64,000 nt of DNA from Paraspadella gotoi (GCA_051294375.1 CM119271.1:12207422-12271421), one strand, 5' to 3'; positions 13,706-27,639 are shown, counted from the first letter of the stretch. The notes: a model not told the origin generated them from the sequence alone. Numbers and translations are program-made.

Positions 13706-16322
13706 TTTTCCCTGGCAACCTCCCCTGGACTGACCGCTTCCTTGTCCCCCCACCTCCCCCTCAGCGCATTCAGGTCACGCCCCTTTGACGGATCACATCT
13801 TCCTATTTTCGCGTCGACATTTTTTTGTTTTTTTCTCTTTGCGCTTTTGAGTTCAAAAATTTCACCCTCGAGAGAATCTGACGTCGAGCCGGGCGCGTGA
13901 AAGTGGCGCGTGAAAGGGCGCGTGAGAAGCCGCAAAAAAGCGCGTGAAGGGACTTGAGGGGCGCCTAAGCCACACAAAAAGCGGGTGAAAGGGCGCGTGG
14001 AAGGCCATGAATAGGCGCATGAGGGCACGTAAAAGGGCGATAGGGCTCATGAAATGCGTAAAATTCTCTCTCTCTCTCCCCGACATCGAGGTCGCGTAAA
14101 GTAAACAAGTCCAACTCTGAAAGTTTCGCTTCTTAACCTCTTTCGATTCACGATTAGAATTTAGATCAATTTAGGTTGGAACATTCGGAGCGAATCTTTC
14201 TTTTGATCGCATATTCGTTGATATCTTTTTCGAATGGAAGCTTGCACATTTAGAGCGCATATTTCTTTTATTGCAACGAAAGAAATGTGCGAGCGCATAT
14301 TTCTATGATCGTATTCCTTTCCAATAAAGATCCTGTTTTTTTTTCCAGTTTTTTCTTCTTTTTTATAGAACGAATCTCTATTTTTTGTGTCAACATTTTT
14401 TTTACCCACGTTTCAAAGAATATATATTTTTATAATATATAAATAGAAAAACGTTAATTTTATACGTAATAAAGTCACAAATAATGTCCACGGTCCACTA
14501 TAGCCAATCCCAAACTTACTACAAGGAAAGATAACTAATAATATCGAACAATTGTATATTTTTTACACTAATATACTATAACCTACAAAATTATAAGGAA
14601 TATCGTTTTTCTTTTGTTTATTTTCGTCTCTCGAGCGCTTCTGTCGGTCATTTGCGTTTTCTTTAGGCTTATATTTTTTTTTATTTTCACTAAGTTATAT
14701 TTAGTAGACGTAAAATTCAAATTCGCTCGCAACTTATTATTTTTTATTTCACTTTGAAAAATTACTTTCCAGGGATTTTGTTTTTTCTTAACATTTTTTC
14801 TGTGACAGATTTTCCATTTGTGGTTAATTTCAAAATTAATTTGTTTTTTTCTTAGGTTTAAAGATTGCGATATAGGGTTTAAGGATAGCTTTAGGGCGAT
14901 GAATTATGAATTAGGTTAGTGTTTTGGTTAGGGATTAGCGATTAGCGATAAAGATTAAGAGTTGGTTTAGGGAATGGGGTTAAAGATTAGATTAAATATT
15001 AAAAAAGAGATCGAGCTTAAATAACAGAAACGGGACGCTTTCAAAAAATAATTCCATTTTTGTCTTCCAATTTTCCTTTCCATTTTTTCCCTCATTTTTT
15101 TTCTCTGTTTCAATTTTCTGTTTGTTTATTTTTTTTATTCTTCGTTGATTTTTCTCCCGAAATTCGAAGAAGTAAACAAGTTTGTTTCTTTACAAATTTC
15201 CGACTTTTGAAATTCGAGGTCGAATTTTTCTTATTTTTTTTATCTAGACAGAAAATCCTTTAACTTTTTTCATCTTTAACAATTTTATTTTCTTTTCTTT
15301 TCTTTAAATCGTAGGTACATACTCATATTTGTACAGCTTATTACGTAACAATAATAAACAATAATAAAACGTACTGGGTTAAACTTTGATCATTAATAAA
15401 TCAAATCAAATGTTTTTATTTCATTTTTTCCGTTTTTTCCTTATTTATTTCGTTTTCTTTTTTTTTTCCATTTTCCTATATTTTTCCCCTTTTATTTCTT
15501 TATTATATATTATTAATTACTCTTTCAGGCCAAAACAATTCTCCTCGTATATGTTTTGGTTACGGGAATAAAAAAATCAATAAATCATATATTTCCGAAG
15601 TTAAATTGAAAAGTTTCTAGCGGCGGCTGCAGCGGCGGCTGCAGCGGCGGCTGCAGCGGCGGCAGCAAGTTTTTTCCAAAATCGACGCCTCTGTTGCTGT
15701 TGTTGTTGTTGTTGTTGTTGTGTTACGTCACCCGTTAGCCGACACAATCTCGCTCAGCGCGCGACTCTCTTTCTCTGTCTTTTCGGACTTAAGCTGATTT
15801 TTCTGCATTTTCTCGTCTTCGTCGTTGTCGTCGTCATCGTCGTTGTTATCGTCGTCGTCGTAGTCATCGTCGTCGTCTTCGTTTTCGTCATCTTGGTCGT
15901 CGTCGTCGTCGTCGTCGTCGGCATCTGGAAGGATTTTTCCCGCCAAACGAAGCGACATCTGGCTTTTTATTTGGTCAGTGGTCGCGAGAGGCGAGGTCAG
16001 TCAAGGAAACGCGACCGCGTGAGTAAAATTGTATTGTGTTTTTAATAGAATTAGCTATATAAATTATTTAACAAATATATTGATAAACAATTAAACAATC
16101 ATGTACTCGATTATCATTCCGCAATGTTTACGTCGGGGGGGTGGGTGGAATCGTGCCATACGTGTAACGTGGCCAACGGAGCGAGAGAGGCGATAAATAT
16201 TTGTTCAATGGCTGAAACTTGTTTTGCTTGGAAGCTCGGAAGCAAGCTCGGAAAATTGACTAGAAAAATCAAGATGATATTTCACGGTCAAGAGCAGGTT
16301 TCATTTCTGTCTCTGTCTTTTC

Positions 16323-16377
<55 letters not shown>

Positions 16378-16590
16378 CTCTCTTCTCTCTCTCTCTCTCT
16401 CTCTTCTCCTTCTTCGTCTCTATACGACGGAAATGGGTAAATCTTTAGGTTTTCGCTGCAAAGCGATTACGAAGGCCAAAACTGCGCTTAGCGAAACAAG
16501 CGTGAAAAAAAAATGAACGTTGCGACAAATTCAAGGACAAAACCGTTAAGCCGGCAGAGAGAGAAGTGAGATGAGATGAGAAGAGACGAG

Positions 16591-16652
<62 letters not shown>

Positions 16653-17958
16653 TAGATTGAGCCCAAACAATGAAAGATTAAAAGACCCAAAAATGTATGG
16701 CTCTCCCCTTGATTTTGCACTCGTTTGAAAATTAAAAATGCAAATAAAGTTTCAAACGAGGCTCTTCGAAAACAAGTGATCAATCCACCGTATAACTTCT
16801 GAGATTTCCGTTTTCACTTTCCTTCCTGTGTTTCAAACTTCACTTTGCCGAAAATTCGGACAAAAGTTCAAACGAACTAAACTATATATTTATTTCGCAT
16901 TTTTATTACATTTTTGTATTACATTTTCATTACCATTCTCTTAATTTAGTTACTGTCCATGATAATTCGGTTATCAATAAAAAAAAAATATTTGATTTGT
17001 ATTTACAATATGTTTCTTACAGTATCTTTATAAATTTTGTTCTTTTTAATTTCAAATTCTGAATTAAATTAATCTTGGAGTTCGAAGGTCAAGTTTGGTA
17101 TTAAGGTTAGGGAAAATAATTTGGGGCGCGATTGGAAAAGAGAGCCAATTAATTATTCATCGATTTAAAATTAAAGACAAATGATTAATTTCGCAAGTTT
17201 TTTTTTGTTTTTTTTTTGGTCAAATTTTCCAACTGAACATTTTTTTTCTTTTCACACAAAACCTGAAAATTATTTCGCCAGAAAAAATATTTCTTACANN
17301 NNNNNNNNNNNNNNNNNNNNNNNNNNNNNNNNNNNNNNNNNNNNNNNNNNNNNNNNNNNNNNNNNNNNNNNNNNNNNNNNNNNNNNNNNNNNNNNNNNNN
17401 NNNNNNNNNNNNNNNNNNNNNNNNNNNNNNNNNNNNNNNNNNNNNNNNNNTCTCTACTCCTCTTTCTCTCTCTCCTCTCTTCTCTCTCTCTTCTCTCTCT
17501 CTCTTCATCTCTCTCTGCTCCTCTCTCTTCTCTCTCACGATTATGTTTTTTCACTCACGACGACAAACCTTTATTCCTTCGGATTTATAAACATTTCATC
17601 CTTTAATTTGATGACAAGTTTTCTGATTGATATGTTGGTTGATCAACTGATTGGTTAATTGATTGGTTGTTCAACTGATTGGTTAATTGATTGGTCTTCT
17701 TATTGGTTGAATGAATTTTTCGGTCATCGACAATCAACATGATTGGGGCGGTCATTTTTTTTGATCCTATCATTTTTCTTATCAATTAAATATTTCTTTT
17801 CCCAAAAAAATCCTCGTTATTTTCGTCATAAAATTTAAAATCAGATTTTCGTCCCGAAAGTTGAATAAAAATTCTTTTCGTCTTTAATTCGCTCGTTTTA
17901 TTTTTTTGTCTGAGAGGCCGTCGTCGTCGTCGTCGTTATCATTGACATCATTTTCGTA

Positions 17959-18040
<82 letters not shown>

Positions 18041-18247
18041 CATTGACGCTTAAAGTCCTCGTTAACTCTCGGTCGTTTTAAACTTAAAAGCTTCATGAAC
18101 TTTTTTATTACTTTTTCCGTTTAAATAAAAAAAACAAAACAAAACAAATATATGCATACATGAATCTCACCGGTGAAGTAAGGAGCTTAAATATCGAGAT
18201 GGACACTTGGAATTACAGATCGAACAGAAGGTGAGGAAAAAGTGATG

Positions 18248-18368
<121 letters not shown>

Positions 18369-19214
18369 ATTTCTCTCTTTTACATATTTTGTTCGATCGC
18401 AAGGTCACGAATTTGACTGGTCGCTTTTCTGTGCGGCCACTATCGTTTCCTGGTCTTTTTTAGTTTTACGGCTCTCAATTTTTGGAGAGAGAGAGAAACT
18501 TATTCTTTAGTTATGTTTTAGACTCACATTGAAACACGTCGCCCGTCCAAAATACAGTTTTACTGGACGTTATGGACTTTTTTGTGAAAAAAACATTTTT
18601 TATAATCTACTTGGCGACCTTTTCCTCTTTACTTGTGTTGAGATTGAGAGACGCTTAAGAGAAGAAAGAAACTTCTTCACAGAAGGACATACGGACAAAC
18701 GGACATAAGGATTAAAACCAATTCAGATTAAGATGAAAATTAAACGTTAATAATTATGAATAAAAAATATAAATAAAAAAAATGTTTGTAACCTTTTTGT
18801 TTTTAAAATATTTCATCACTAGTTGAATTTAACAAAAATAAACGGCTCCTTTTTTTGGGCATGTGGGTAGAAAAAAATGATTACAATGTATCGGGAAGTA
18901 ACGTTAATGTATAATTGTGCATGTGAAATTGTGAAATTGTGAAATTGTGAAATTGTGAATGAACCATCGATGATTTTTCTTTAAAACGAGAACGGTGATT
19001 CCAATGTGTTGCGTCGCATTGACTTTATTTTCACGTGTATTTCACTTTGATCACATGATATGGCATGACATGACATGACATGTATTTATGACGTGCACTG
19101 CATCGAAATTCCGTCTTTTATTTTCTCTTCTTAGATTTAAGGTTTTTTTTCCTGTCTTAACAAATGAGCAACTTCCTATAGGCGAATTATATTCATTTTT
19201 AATGTAAGTAGGAT

Positions 19215-19290
19215 AGACCTATGAACAGACAGACCGACCGAAAAGTGACTTGTAGAGCTGCTCCGCGTGAACTCGCGACGCACCTATAAA
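19215..19290 (+). mobile_element. Terminus of a second HINE-like family
   Basis: GACAGACCGACCGAAAAGTGACTTGTAGAG + imperfect hairpin (AGCTGC..CGCG..CGCG..GCACCT) + ATAAA parallels GACCGACAAAGTGAATTATAGAG + hairpin + AAAAA at 23813-23869. Confidence 0.5.
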
Positions 19291-21170
19291 GTGTTACGAC
19301 TTTCTTTTCTCTTTCCGCTCGCTGCGCGGAAAGCTTTGAAATCTGCTCAAAAACACATTTACAAGTGAGATGAGATGAGAGAGAGATGACGAATCGAGAG
19401 GAGAGGCGAGGAGAGGAGAGAAGAGAGAAGCACGAGAAAAAGAGAGAGAGAGAGCGGAGAGAGATATTGCTTCGGAATCTTCTTGTGGCAATTATATCAG
19501 TGACCACACCTCTAATTCTCACCGTAATCCTGTGGCAACTGGGGCTTGGCGAGGTCGAGAACGTTATTTTATTCTGGTGTTAGTCAGGAAAATTTTTCTG
19601 ACTGGGAGTCTATTCTGCACTTTTACTAATTGGGGAAAGTCTCTCTGGTGAGAGTCAGTGGCAGAATATCTTAATTAGAGCAGCGAGGCCGGATCTCCCG
19701 GTCGAACCCATTTCGCTCGTGTCCCAATCGGTGATTACGGTGTGTTTGGATTGATTGCACAATCCGCGCGAGAGTCTCAAGATGTTGCGCTCCGGAGATA
19801 GAAGACTGGAGCAGAAGTTGCTCAGGAGAGAGAGATGACGGCGGGAGAGAGAGACCCGAGGAACGAGTTGAAAAGGAGAGACGGGATTCAGGGGGCATTA
19901 GGCATCCCTGTGACAAACAAGCATAGACCATTTATTTCTTTCTGTCCCTGCTCCTTCGCGCGATGCCCGGAGCCCCAATGATATTATTAGCGCATCTGAG
20001 ACCAACTTTATCAATATCATTTTACTAGAATTTTCGTTTCCTGCGTCAGAATATGTATGTATATTTAAAATTAGCAATTCACGTCCAGTCTGAAAGAAAA
20101 AAAATGGTACGATCGTCTCGAATTATTAAACAAAATCTATTTAAAAAAAAACATTTTCTAAACATCCGTTCTTTTTATTTTTGGATTCTCGACGACCTTG
20201 TTGTCGTTGTTGTTGTCGGCGTCGTTGTTGTTGTCGTCGTCGTTGTCGACGTCGTCGTCGTTGTCGTTGTTCTATCGTCTACTGCAGGATCAAGATGAAT
20301 CTTCGGCTGCAAAATTTCCCGGTAAAAAAAAAACGGAAAAAAACAATTTATAAAAAACTCGATCGCATGTTTTTTTTCCTTTCGTTCTTGTTTTTATTTT
20401 TTTTTTTGGGGGGGGGGCGCTGGAGCGATCTTTTCTAAAAGCGCCCGAAATCTGTTTCATTAATTATTTTTTAATCCTTAAATTTGACGATAGTTTGTTA
20501 GTAAACTTATAACCTTATTTCTAACCTTAATCTTTAAAATATAAATGCTTAACCTTAACCTAATTCTATTTAACTATTTAACTATTAACTTTAAATATAA
20601 CTTATTTCCAAATTTAAGATAAAATGTGGCGTTCTGGGAAAATAGTGCCTTTTATTTTTTTTTGATCCCGAGTTTCCTCGGATANNNNNNNNNNNNNNNN
20701 NNNNNNNNNNNNNNNNNNNNNNNNNNNNNNNNNNNNNNNNNNNNNNNNNNNNNNNNNNNNNNNNNNNNNNNNNNNNNNNNNNNNNNNNNNNNNNNNNNNN
20801 NNNNNNNNNNNNNNNNNNNNNNNNNNNNNNNNNNNNNNNNNNNNNNNNNNNNNNNNNNNNNNNNNCTCTCTCTCTCTCTCTGATAGAGATGGAGATGTCT
20901 ACTACAGAGTTCAAAGAGTCCATCAGCGAATCGTTCAACATTAAAATATTTTAATTAACATTTTTCATTAACAATACTAGAAAATACTCAATATATTCTA
21001 AACACCACGATTTTATCCGTACTTTTTCATAAGCCTCGGATTATTATCACAACATTTCATCGACGTGCCTTCGTTTTCTGTGAATAGAAAAAAAAAATCA
21101 ACTGATCAAAAAAAAAGGGAAAAAAAATCTCTTCATCTCGTTTTTTGTCGTCGTCGTCGTCGTCGTCGTT

Positions 21171-21227
<57 letters not shown>

Positions 21228-21594
21228 TCTTCGTTAAACGTCAGTTTTTCGTCTTGTATTTTTTTTGCCCTAAATTGTCAATACATGAAAATTACTCGTT
21301 TTTCTACATGAGACTCAAATGTTTTTTTTACGAATACAAATAACAAAGTTGAATATATTTTACTTCGATATTCAAATAATTAAATATTTAAGAATATTCA
21401 AATCCGTATAAATTTGTTTTCCTTTTCGCCAAAAAAAAAAAAAGAAGATAAAAATCAAAACTAAAATACGAAGAGACGATTATAACTTTTAAATGTCAAC
21501 TTTTAAACTGTTAACGATTCCAAGTTTAAAAACAAAAACAAAACAAAAACGAGAAAAACCAACTCGTATGTGAAGACAACGCGAATTGGCTTCT

Positions 21595-21690
21595 TGAACT
21601 CGTAGCTCTTCCAAGCGCCGCAATCAGTTTCGGAATAAAGAGTCCGGGGTTCGATTCCTACCCTGTACCTACCATCATGGCATCGTGAGC
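21595..21690 (+). mobile_element. Degenerate tRNA-like/SINE head
   Basis: Perfect B box GGTTCGATTCC followed by ACCCTGTACCTACC, similar to ACCCGGTACCTATCC in the SINE family; A box weak; no full cloverleaf. Confidence 0.45.
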
Positions 21691-22274
21691 CATTTTTTGG
21701 GGGCAAGGTCAACTTTTCTTGATCCGTTGCTGTTAATGGATTAAAGAAATTACGAAAGATCACACATCGTTTACTTCTTGAAATAAAAAAGGAAAAAAAA
21801 ACAGCAAAAAAAATTTTTTTTTTACGTGAAAAATTTTTGTGTGAAGTTTTACTTCGAATTAAAAGGATTACGATTCGTCACTCGGAACGATTTGTTAAAA
21901 NNNNNNNNNNNNNNNNNNNNNNNNNNNNNNNNNNNNNNNNNNNNNNNNNNNNNNNNNNNNNNNNNNNNNNNNNNNNNNNNNNNNNNNNNNNNNNNNNNNN
22001 NNNNNNNNNNNNNNNNNNNNNNNNNNNNNNNNNNNNNNNNNNNNNNNNNNNNNNNNNNNNNNNNNNNNNNNNNNNNNNNNNNNNNNNNNNNNNNNNNNNN
22101 NNNNNNNNNNNNNAAAATTGTATTTTATATTTAAATTAAACTCAACGTCTTAAAACAACCTTTTCCCGCTCTCTCCTTTTACCCCAAAAAAAACAACCAA
22201 AAAACAAAAGACACAAAAAACAAAACACTGACGCTCTCCCTCCCCCCCCTTTTGTTTCTGTTTTCTCCCTTCAG

Positions 22275-22388
22275 TGTTTCTTTCCCGGGGCGATAGACGC
22301 CGCTTACGTTGTTCGCCCGTCCGGGTTTCTGCAGAGGGCGCTGGGCGAATTGACGTTTAAGATGATCAAGGACGAGTGCAAATTTAAG
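22275..22388 (+). CDS. MCF2L: Exon of an MCF2L/DBS-like RhoGEF, Sec14/CRAL-TRIO domain (CFFPGAIDAAYVVRPSGFLQRALGELTFKMIKDECKFK)
   Basis: Polypyrimidine tract + CAG acceptor (22272-22274), 114-nt open phase 0-0 exon, GTGAGA donor at 22389. Aligns without gaps to the recalled MCF2L segment ASFPANLQLVLVLRPTGFFQRTLSDIAFKFNRDDFKMK. Symbol denotes family (MCF2L/MCF2L2/MCF2), orthology untested. Confidence 0.88.
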
Positions 22389-22597
22389 GTGAGACCGTGA
22401 GGCCTTCGATTCTGACAAGATTCTTGATTCACTGATGTTTCTATCCTTGAGTTTAAATTTAGCTTTTTATCCTTTGAGATAAAGTTAGGAATCATCATTT
22501 TTATGATTTTTGTGATGATTTATTTCGGAAAAAATCGATTTACTTTTGTTTTGAAACAAAGATTTTTTTTGGTGGGGGTCATTAATCTTCAAAAGGG

Positions 22598-22638
<41 letters not shown>

Positions 22639-23141
22639 AGAAGACGATGACAACAAAAACAACAAAGTCCACGAAACGACGATGATAAAAAAAGTCCCAA
22701 TTGAATTTTAAATTTGACTTCATTCGACAGATCAACATCCGTAGCTGCATATAGAGATTCCGTATTTTAAAATAATTTAGTTTTTTATTGAACATTTTTC
22801 AAAATAGCCTTCTCGTTTCAAATGGAAAATATTTAAATTTTATAAACGACGGGTTAACGGGATTAGGAAATTTTTTTCTTATTTTTCCGGGTTAATCAGT
22901 GAATCGGTTAATGCCTTACTGAATGGGCGGTTAATCCTATTACGGGTTAAAAATTTGTTCTGAGAAGGGATCAAGAAAGGGCCATCAGTCGAAATGGAGA
23001 GAGAAAGGTAAAGGCAATTGCAGATGGGCAAGAAGGCAATGAAGATTGCGTATCGATTCTGCAAAGGAGTGAGAACAGTCGTTGGTGACGTTGCAGAGTT
23101 CCGCATCTAGAGTGGACTTATGAGCCCGGGACCCGTTCCAT

Positions 23142-23192
<51 letters not shown>

Positions 23193-23227
23193 AATCGAAA
23201 CAAAAAGTTGAACGATTTGAAACGAAA

Positions 23228-23869
23228 ACAAGTTTGAGCAAACAATGTCGGATCTGCGGTAATTAATTAATACAAACTATATAAACTAAAATAANNNNNN
23301 NNNNNNNNNNNNNNNNNNNNNNNNNNNNNNNNNNNNNNNNNNNNNNNNNNNNNNNNNNNNNNNNNNNNNNNNNNNNNNNNNNNNNNNNNNNNNNNNNNNN
23401 NNNNNNNNNNNNNNNNNNNNNNNNNNNNNNNNNNNNNNNNNNNNNNNNNNNNNNNNNNNNNNNNNNNNNNNNNNNNNNNNNNNNNNNNNNNNNNNNNNNN
23501 NNNNNNNNNNNNNTGATTAATTAATCATTTATTAATTAATTGATCAATTGATTAATAAAATAATTAATTATTTGATTAATTAATACATCTTGCATTTACA
23601 TTTAATATAAAAAAAAGAAGCATAATCAATTAGTGAAACAGGTTCTTTGTTTTTTCCATTTAAACTCATTTCCACTCGGACGGACAGACAGACAGAGAGA
23701 GGGAAGGACGGACGAACGGACGGACATCATTTTTTTTTGCATAATTTATCATAATTCGATGTTCTGACATGATATAAGTGAATGCCCGACAAGATTGAGG
23801 GGGCGGACCGACGGACCGACAAAGTGAATTATAGAGTCGAGATCTGCTGAAAGCAGATCCGACTAAAAA
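23228..23869 (+). mobile_element. Helentron-associated / DINE-1-like (HINE) non-autonomous element
   Basis: Subterminal inverted repeats GTCGGATCTGC (23247-23257)/GCAGATCCGAC (23853-23863), terminal hairpin AGTCG-A-GATCTGCT-GAA-AGCAGATC-CGACT followed by an A run, internal GGAC/AGAC microsatellite, A-rich flanks, no TSD. Confidence 0.7.
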
Positions 23870-23944
23870 TTGAGAAGAAAAAATGAAGGCGAAAGAAAAA
23901 ATTAAAAGAAGATGTGAAATGTAATTGGGGAGAGACGGAGAGTG

Positions 23945-23985
<41 letters not shown>

Positions 23986-24735
23986 CCACTCTCTCTTTTC
24001 CTCCCACTCTCTCTCTCCCAAGGTGTTGAAAGAAAGAAATCCATTATCCTGATCTACATTTTCACTAATTAATGCCCCATTGAGTTTCTTGGCAGGAGTC
24101 CGTTGTGGGGCGAGAAAAAGGCTAAGAGGNNNNNNNNNNNNNNNNNNNNNNNNNNNNNNNNNNNNNNNNNNNNNNNNNNNNNNNNNNNNNNNNNNNNNNN
24201 NNNNNNNNNNNNNNNNNNNNNNNNNNNNNNNNNNNNNNNNNNNNNNNNNNNNNNNNNNNNNNNNNNNNNNNNNNNNNNNNNNNNNNNNNNNNNNNNNNNN
24301 NNNNNNNNNNNNNNNNNNNNNNNNNNNNNNNNNNNNNNNNNNNNNNNNNNNNNNNNNNNNNNNNNNNNNNNNNNNNNNNNNNNNNNNNNNNNNNNNNNNN
24401 NNNNNNNNNNNNNNNNNNNNNNNNNNNNNNNNNNNNNNNNNNNNNNNNNNNNNNNNNNNNNNNNNNNNNNNNNNNNNNNNNNNNNNNNNNNNNNNNNNNN
24501 NNNNNNNNNTTTTCTCCACTCCTTGTGAGATCCTTTTTCGTTCAGATAATCTTAATTAAATTTGACGTTCTGTCGTCATCTACTTCGGCTTTAATAATCC
24601 ATGAATTCTTTATTATCATTTTTTCTCCTCTTCCACCCATTTTTTTTCCAAGGTTTAATTTCACATTTAAAAAAAAAAAAATTGTCAAATTTGTATTGAA
24701 TTACGTTGCTTAATATTAAGAGAGAAAGTGTGTAA

Positions 24736-24778
<43 letters not shown>

Positions 24779-25661
24779 AGGGAGAGAGGGAGAAGGAGAG
24801 AGAGAGAGGGAGAAGGAGAGAGAGACAGTTTTCATCGATTACGACATCCGTTTCTCGTTTGACTGATTGAAGCTTTTTGGTCGCATCGACTGTGAGACTG
24901 TGAGACTGTGAGAGACAGGTGAAAAAGAGAGAGAGAAGGAGGAAGAGAGAAAGTGAGTGAGAGAGAGAGAGAAAAGGAGAGAAAAGAAAAAAAAACTCTT
25001 TACTTTTTTTCACTAGGTTTACAAGGTTTATTATTGGTATTGAACAACGATTTTACAAATTAGAAAAAAAAGAAGAAAAAACCCAAAGTGACTTTCGAGT
25101 TTTTTTTTCTCATCAAAATTGATTTCGTTTCTGTTTCGACTCAAAAGATAATCTAATCTTCTTCTTCTTCTTCTTCTTCTTCTTCTTCTTCTTCNNNNNN
25201 NNNNNNNNNNNNNNNNNNNNNNNNNNNNNNNNNNNNNNNNNNNNNNNNNNNNNNNNNNNNNNNNNNNNNNNNNNNNNNNNNNNNNNNNNNNNNNNNNNNN
25301 NNNNNNNNNNNNNNNNNNNNNNNNNNNNNNNNNNNNNNNNNNNNNNNNNNNNNNNNNNNNNNNNNNNNNNNNNNNNNNNNNNNNNNNNNNNNNNNNNNNN
25401 NNNNNNNNNNNNNNNNNNNNNNNNNNNNGAGAGAGAGAATAAAAAAACAATCAAATTATAGTCAAATAAAAATATCATTAAAATTTTAATCAGTCGATTA
25501 TGAATAAAGGCTTCGCATAAGAGTCGTTATCGTCGTTATCGTCGTCGTTATCGTCATCGTCGTCATCATCGTCGTTGTCGTCGTCGTCGCGTTATTGGAG
25601 TTTGAAAAGGAGAGGCGAGAAAGACGACAATGATGACGACGACGAAGACGATGACGAAGAA

Positions 25662-25698
<37 letters not shown>

Positions 25699-25762
25699 TT
25701 AAAAACGTCGCCATTTTGAGGAAAAGACTTAATCCTGTTTACTACCTGACTGACGATGGAAA

Positions 25763-25799
<37 letters not shown>

Positions 25800-26684
25800 N
25801 NNNNNNNNNNNNNNNNNNNNNNNNNNNNNNNNNNNNNNNNNNNNNNNNNNNNNNNNNNNNNNNNNNNNNNNNNNNNNNNNNNNNNNNNNNNNNNNNNNNN
25901 NNNNNNNNNNNNNNNNNNNNNNNNNNNNNNNNNNNNNNNNNNNNNNNNNNNNNNNNNNNNNNNNNNNNNNNNNNNNNNNNNNNNNNNNNNNNNNNNNNNN
26001 NNNNNNNNNNNNNNNNNNNNNNNNNNNNNNNNNNNNNNNNNNNNNNNNNNNNNNNNNNNNNNNNNNNNNNNNNNNNNNNNNNNNNNNNNNNNNNNNNNNN
26101 NNNNNNNNNNNNNNNNNNNNTGAGGGAACGAAAGATATGAGTCTCGTAAACTAAAAACATGGTTGCTAACAATTTGACTAATGATCAGTTTTTTTATCTG
26201 TTTGTTCATTTGTTTTTTTGGTTTTTTTTTTGGCGTCAAAATTCAGAAGTGAAAACTTGACATTTTTTTTATCCTGAAAAAGAAAAAAAGATTTTCTTCG
26301 CAAATAATCGCGACTAAAAATGAAGAAGATTTTAATTATTTTTTTTCTTTTTTGACAGAAACAATTTATTTCTGAGGTTGATTCGACTTTTTGGGCGGTC
26401 ACTAAAAAAAAACAAAAAAACAACAAAAAACGAAAATAACAATAAAGTTTATTACTTTTCCCTTTTAATTCTATTTTATTTTCAACTTCTCTTTTCCATC
26501 TTTTTTCTCCCTCTCTCCCCCTTCTTTTCCCCTTCTCTCCCTCCTTTCCTTCCTCTCCCTTCCTCTCTCCCCCTCCTCTCCCTTTCTATCCCCTTCCTCT
26601 CTCCCTCTCTCTCGTCCTTTCTCCCTCTCTCTCTCCCTCTCTCTCTCCCTCTCCCTCCCTCTCTCCCCACCTCCCTCCCCCCAG

Positions 26685-26801
26685 GTCATCCTGTGCAGTT
26701 CAGTTGAGGAGCTGCACAATTACGTCGAGAGGCAAGAACTCTCTTCCGATTTGAACGGATCCATCCAATACAATCACGATCAGTGGGTCGAGCAACGTCA
26801 G
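26685..26801 (+). CDS. MCF2L: Next exon of the MCF2L/DBS-like gene, end of CRAL-TRIO domain (VILCSSVEELHNYVERQELSSDLNGSIQYNHDQWVEQRQ)
   Basis: Long CT tract + CAG acceptor, 117-nt open phase 0-0 exon, GTACGT donor at 26802. Matches the recalled MCF2L segment VIMLSSVPDLHGYIDKSQLTEDLGGTLDYCHSRWLCQRT, which closely follows the previous exon's segment; the two exons splice in frame. Confidence 0.9.
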
Positions 26802-27223
26802 GTACGTCATTCTCAATTTTCTTCTTTTCACTTNNNNNNNNNNNNNNNNNNNNNNNNNNNNNNNNNNNNNNNNNNNNNNNNNNNNNNNNNNNNNNNNNNN
26901 NNNNNNNNNNNNNNNNNNNNNNNNNNNNNNNNNNNNNNNNNNNNNNNNNNNNNNNNNNNNNNNNNNNNNNNNNNNNNNNNNNNNNNNNNNNNNNNNNNNN
27001 NNNNNNNNNNNNNNNNNNNNNNNNNNNNNNNNNNNNNNNNNNNNNNNNNNNNNNNNNNNNNNNNNNNNNNNNNNNNNNNNNNNNNNNNNNNNNNNNNNNN
27101 NNNNCTCCTCCTTCTCCCCCTCTTCCTCTCTCCTCTCTTTCTTCTCCCGGAGCGATGACCAACGCGAATCGACAACCGAAATAATTATATCGATTGAGGA
27201 AAAACGCGACCGACCGTTTGACC

Positions 27224-27412
27224 TGAAATGGCATTTGGAGATGGCGTTGCGAAATGGCGTTTCGAGATGGCGTTGCGAAATGGCGTTTCGAGATGGCGTT
27301 TCGAGATGGCGCTTTTAAAATGGCGTTTTGAGATGGTGTTTTGAAATGGCGTTTTGAGATGGCGTTGCGAAATGGCGTTTTGAGATGGCGCTTTTAAAAT
27401 GGTCTAGAGATG
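27224..27412 (+). repeat. 13-bp minisatellite (GARATGGCGTTTY)
   Basis: About 14 tandem units; noisy mirror at 42205-42392. Confidence 0.85.
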
Positions 27413-27639
27413 GTGAATTGGTGATAGTTAATTATGTGATAGCTGCAATGACATCCTGAGACTTGAAAGGGAGATTCGTGATACCGATCCGCGATAGTCA
27501 TTTGTGATACAGATCTGTGATGATTGATAGCAATAACTATTCCAGACATTGTTCAATGATGATGTTCAATTGTTCATTAATGAAATTTACTTTTTCTTTA
27601 CTCTTTTGCTTTCAAACTCGAGTCTAGCTTTTCTGTTTC

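Noticed and set aside
19386-19931. Short hydrophobic and GC-balanced ORFs
   Set aside because: No recognisable domain, consistent splice pair or codon signal.
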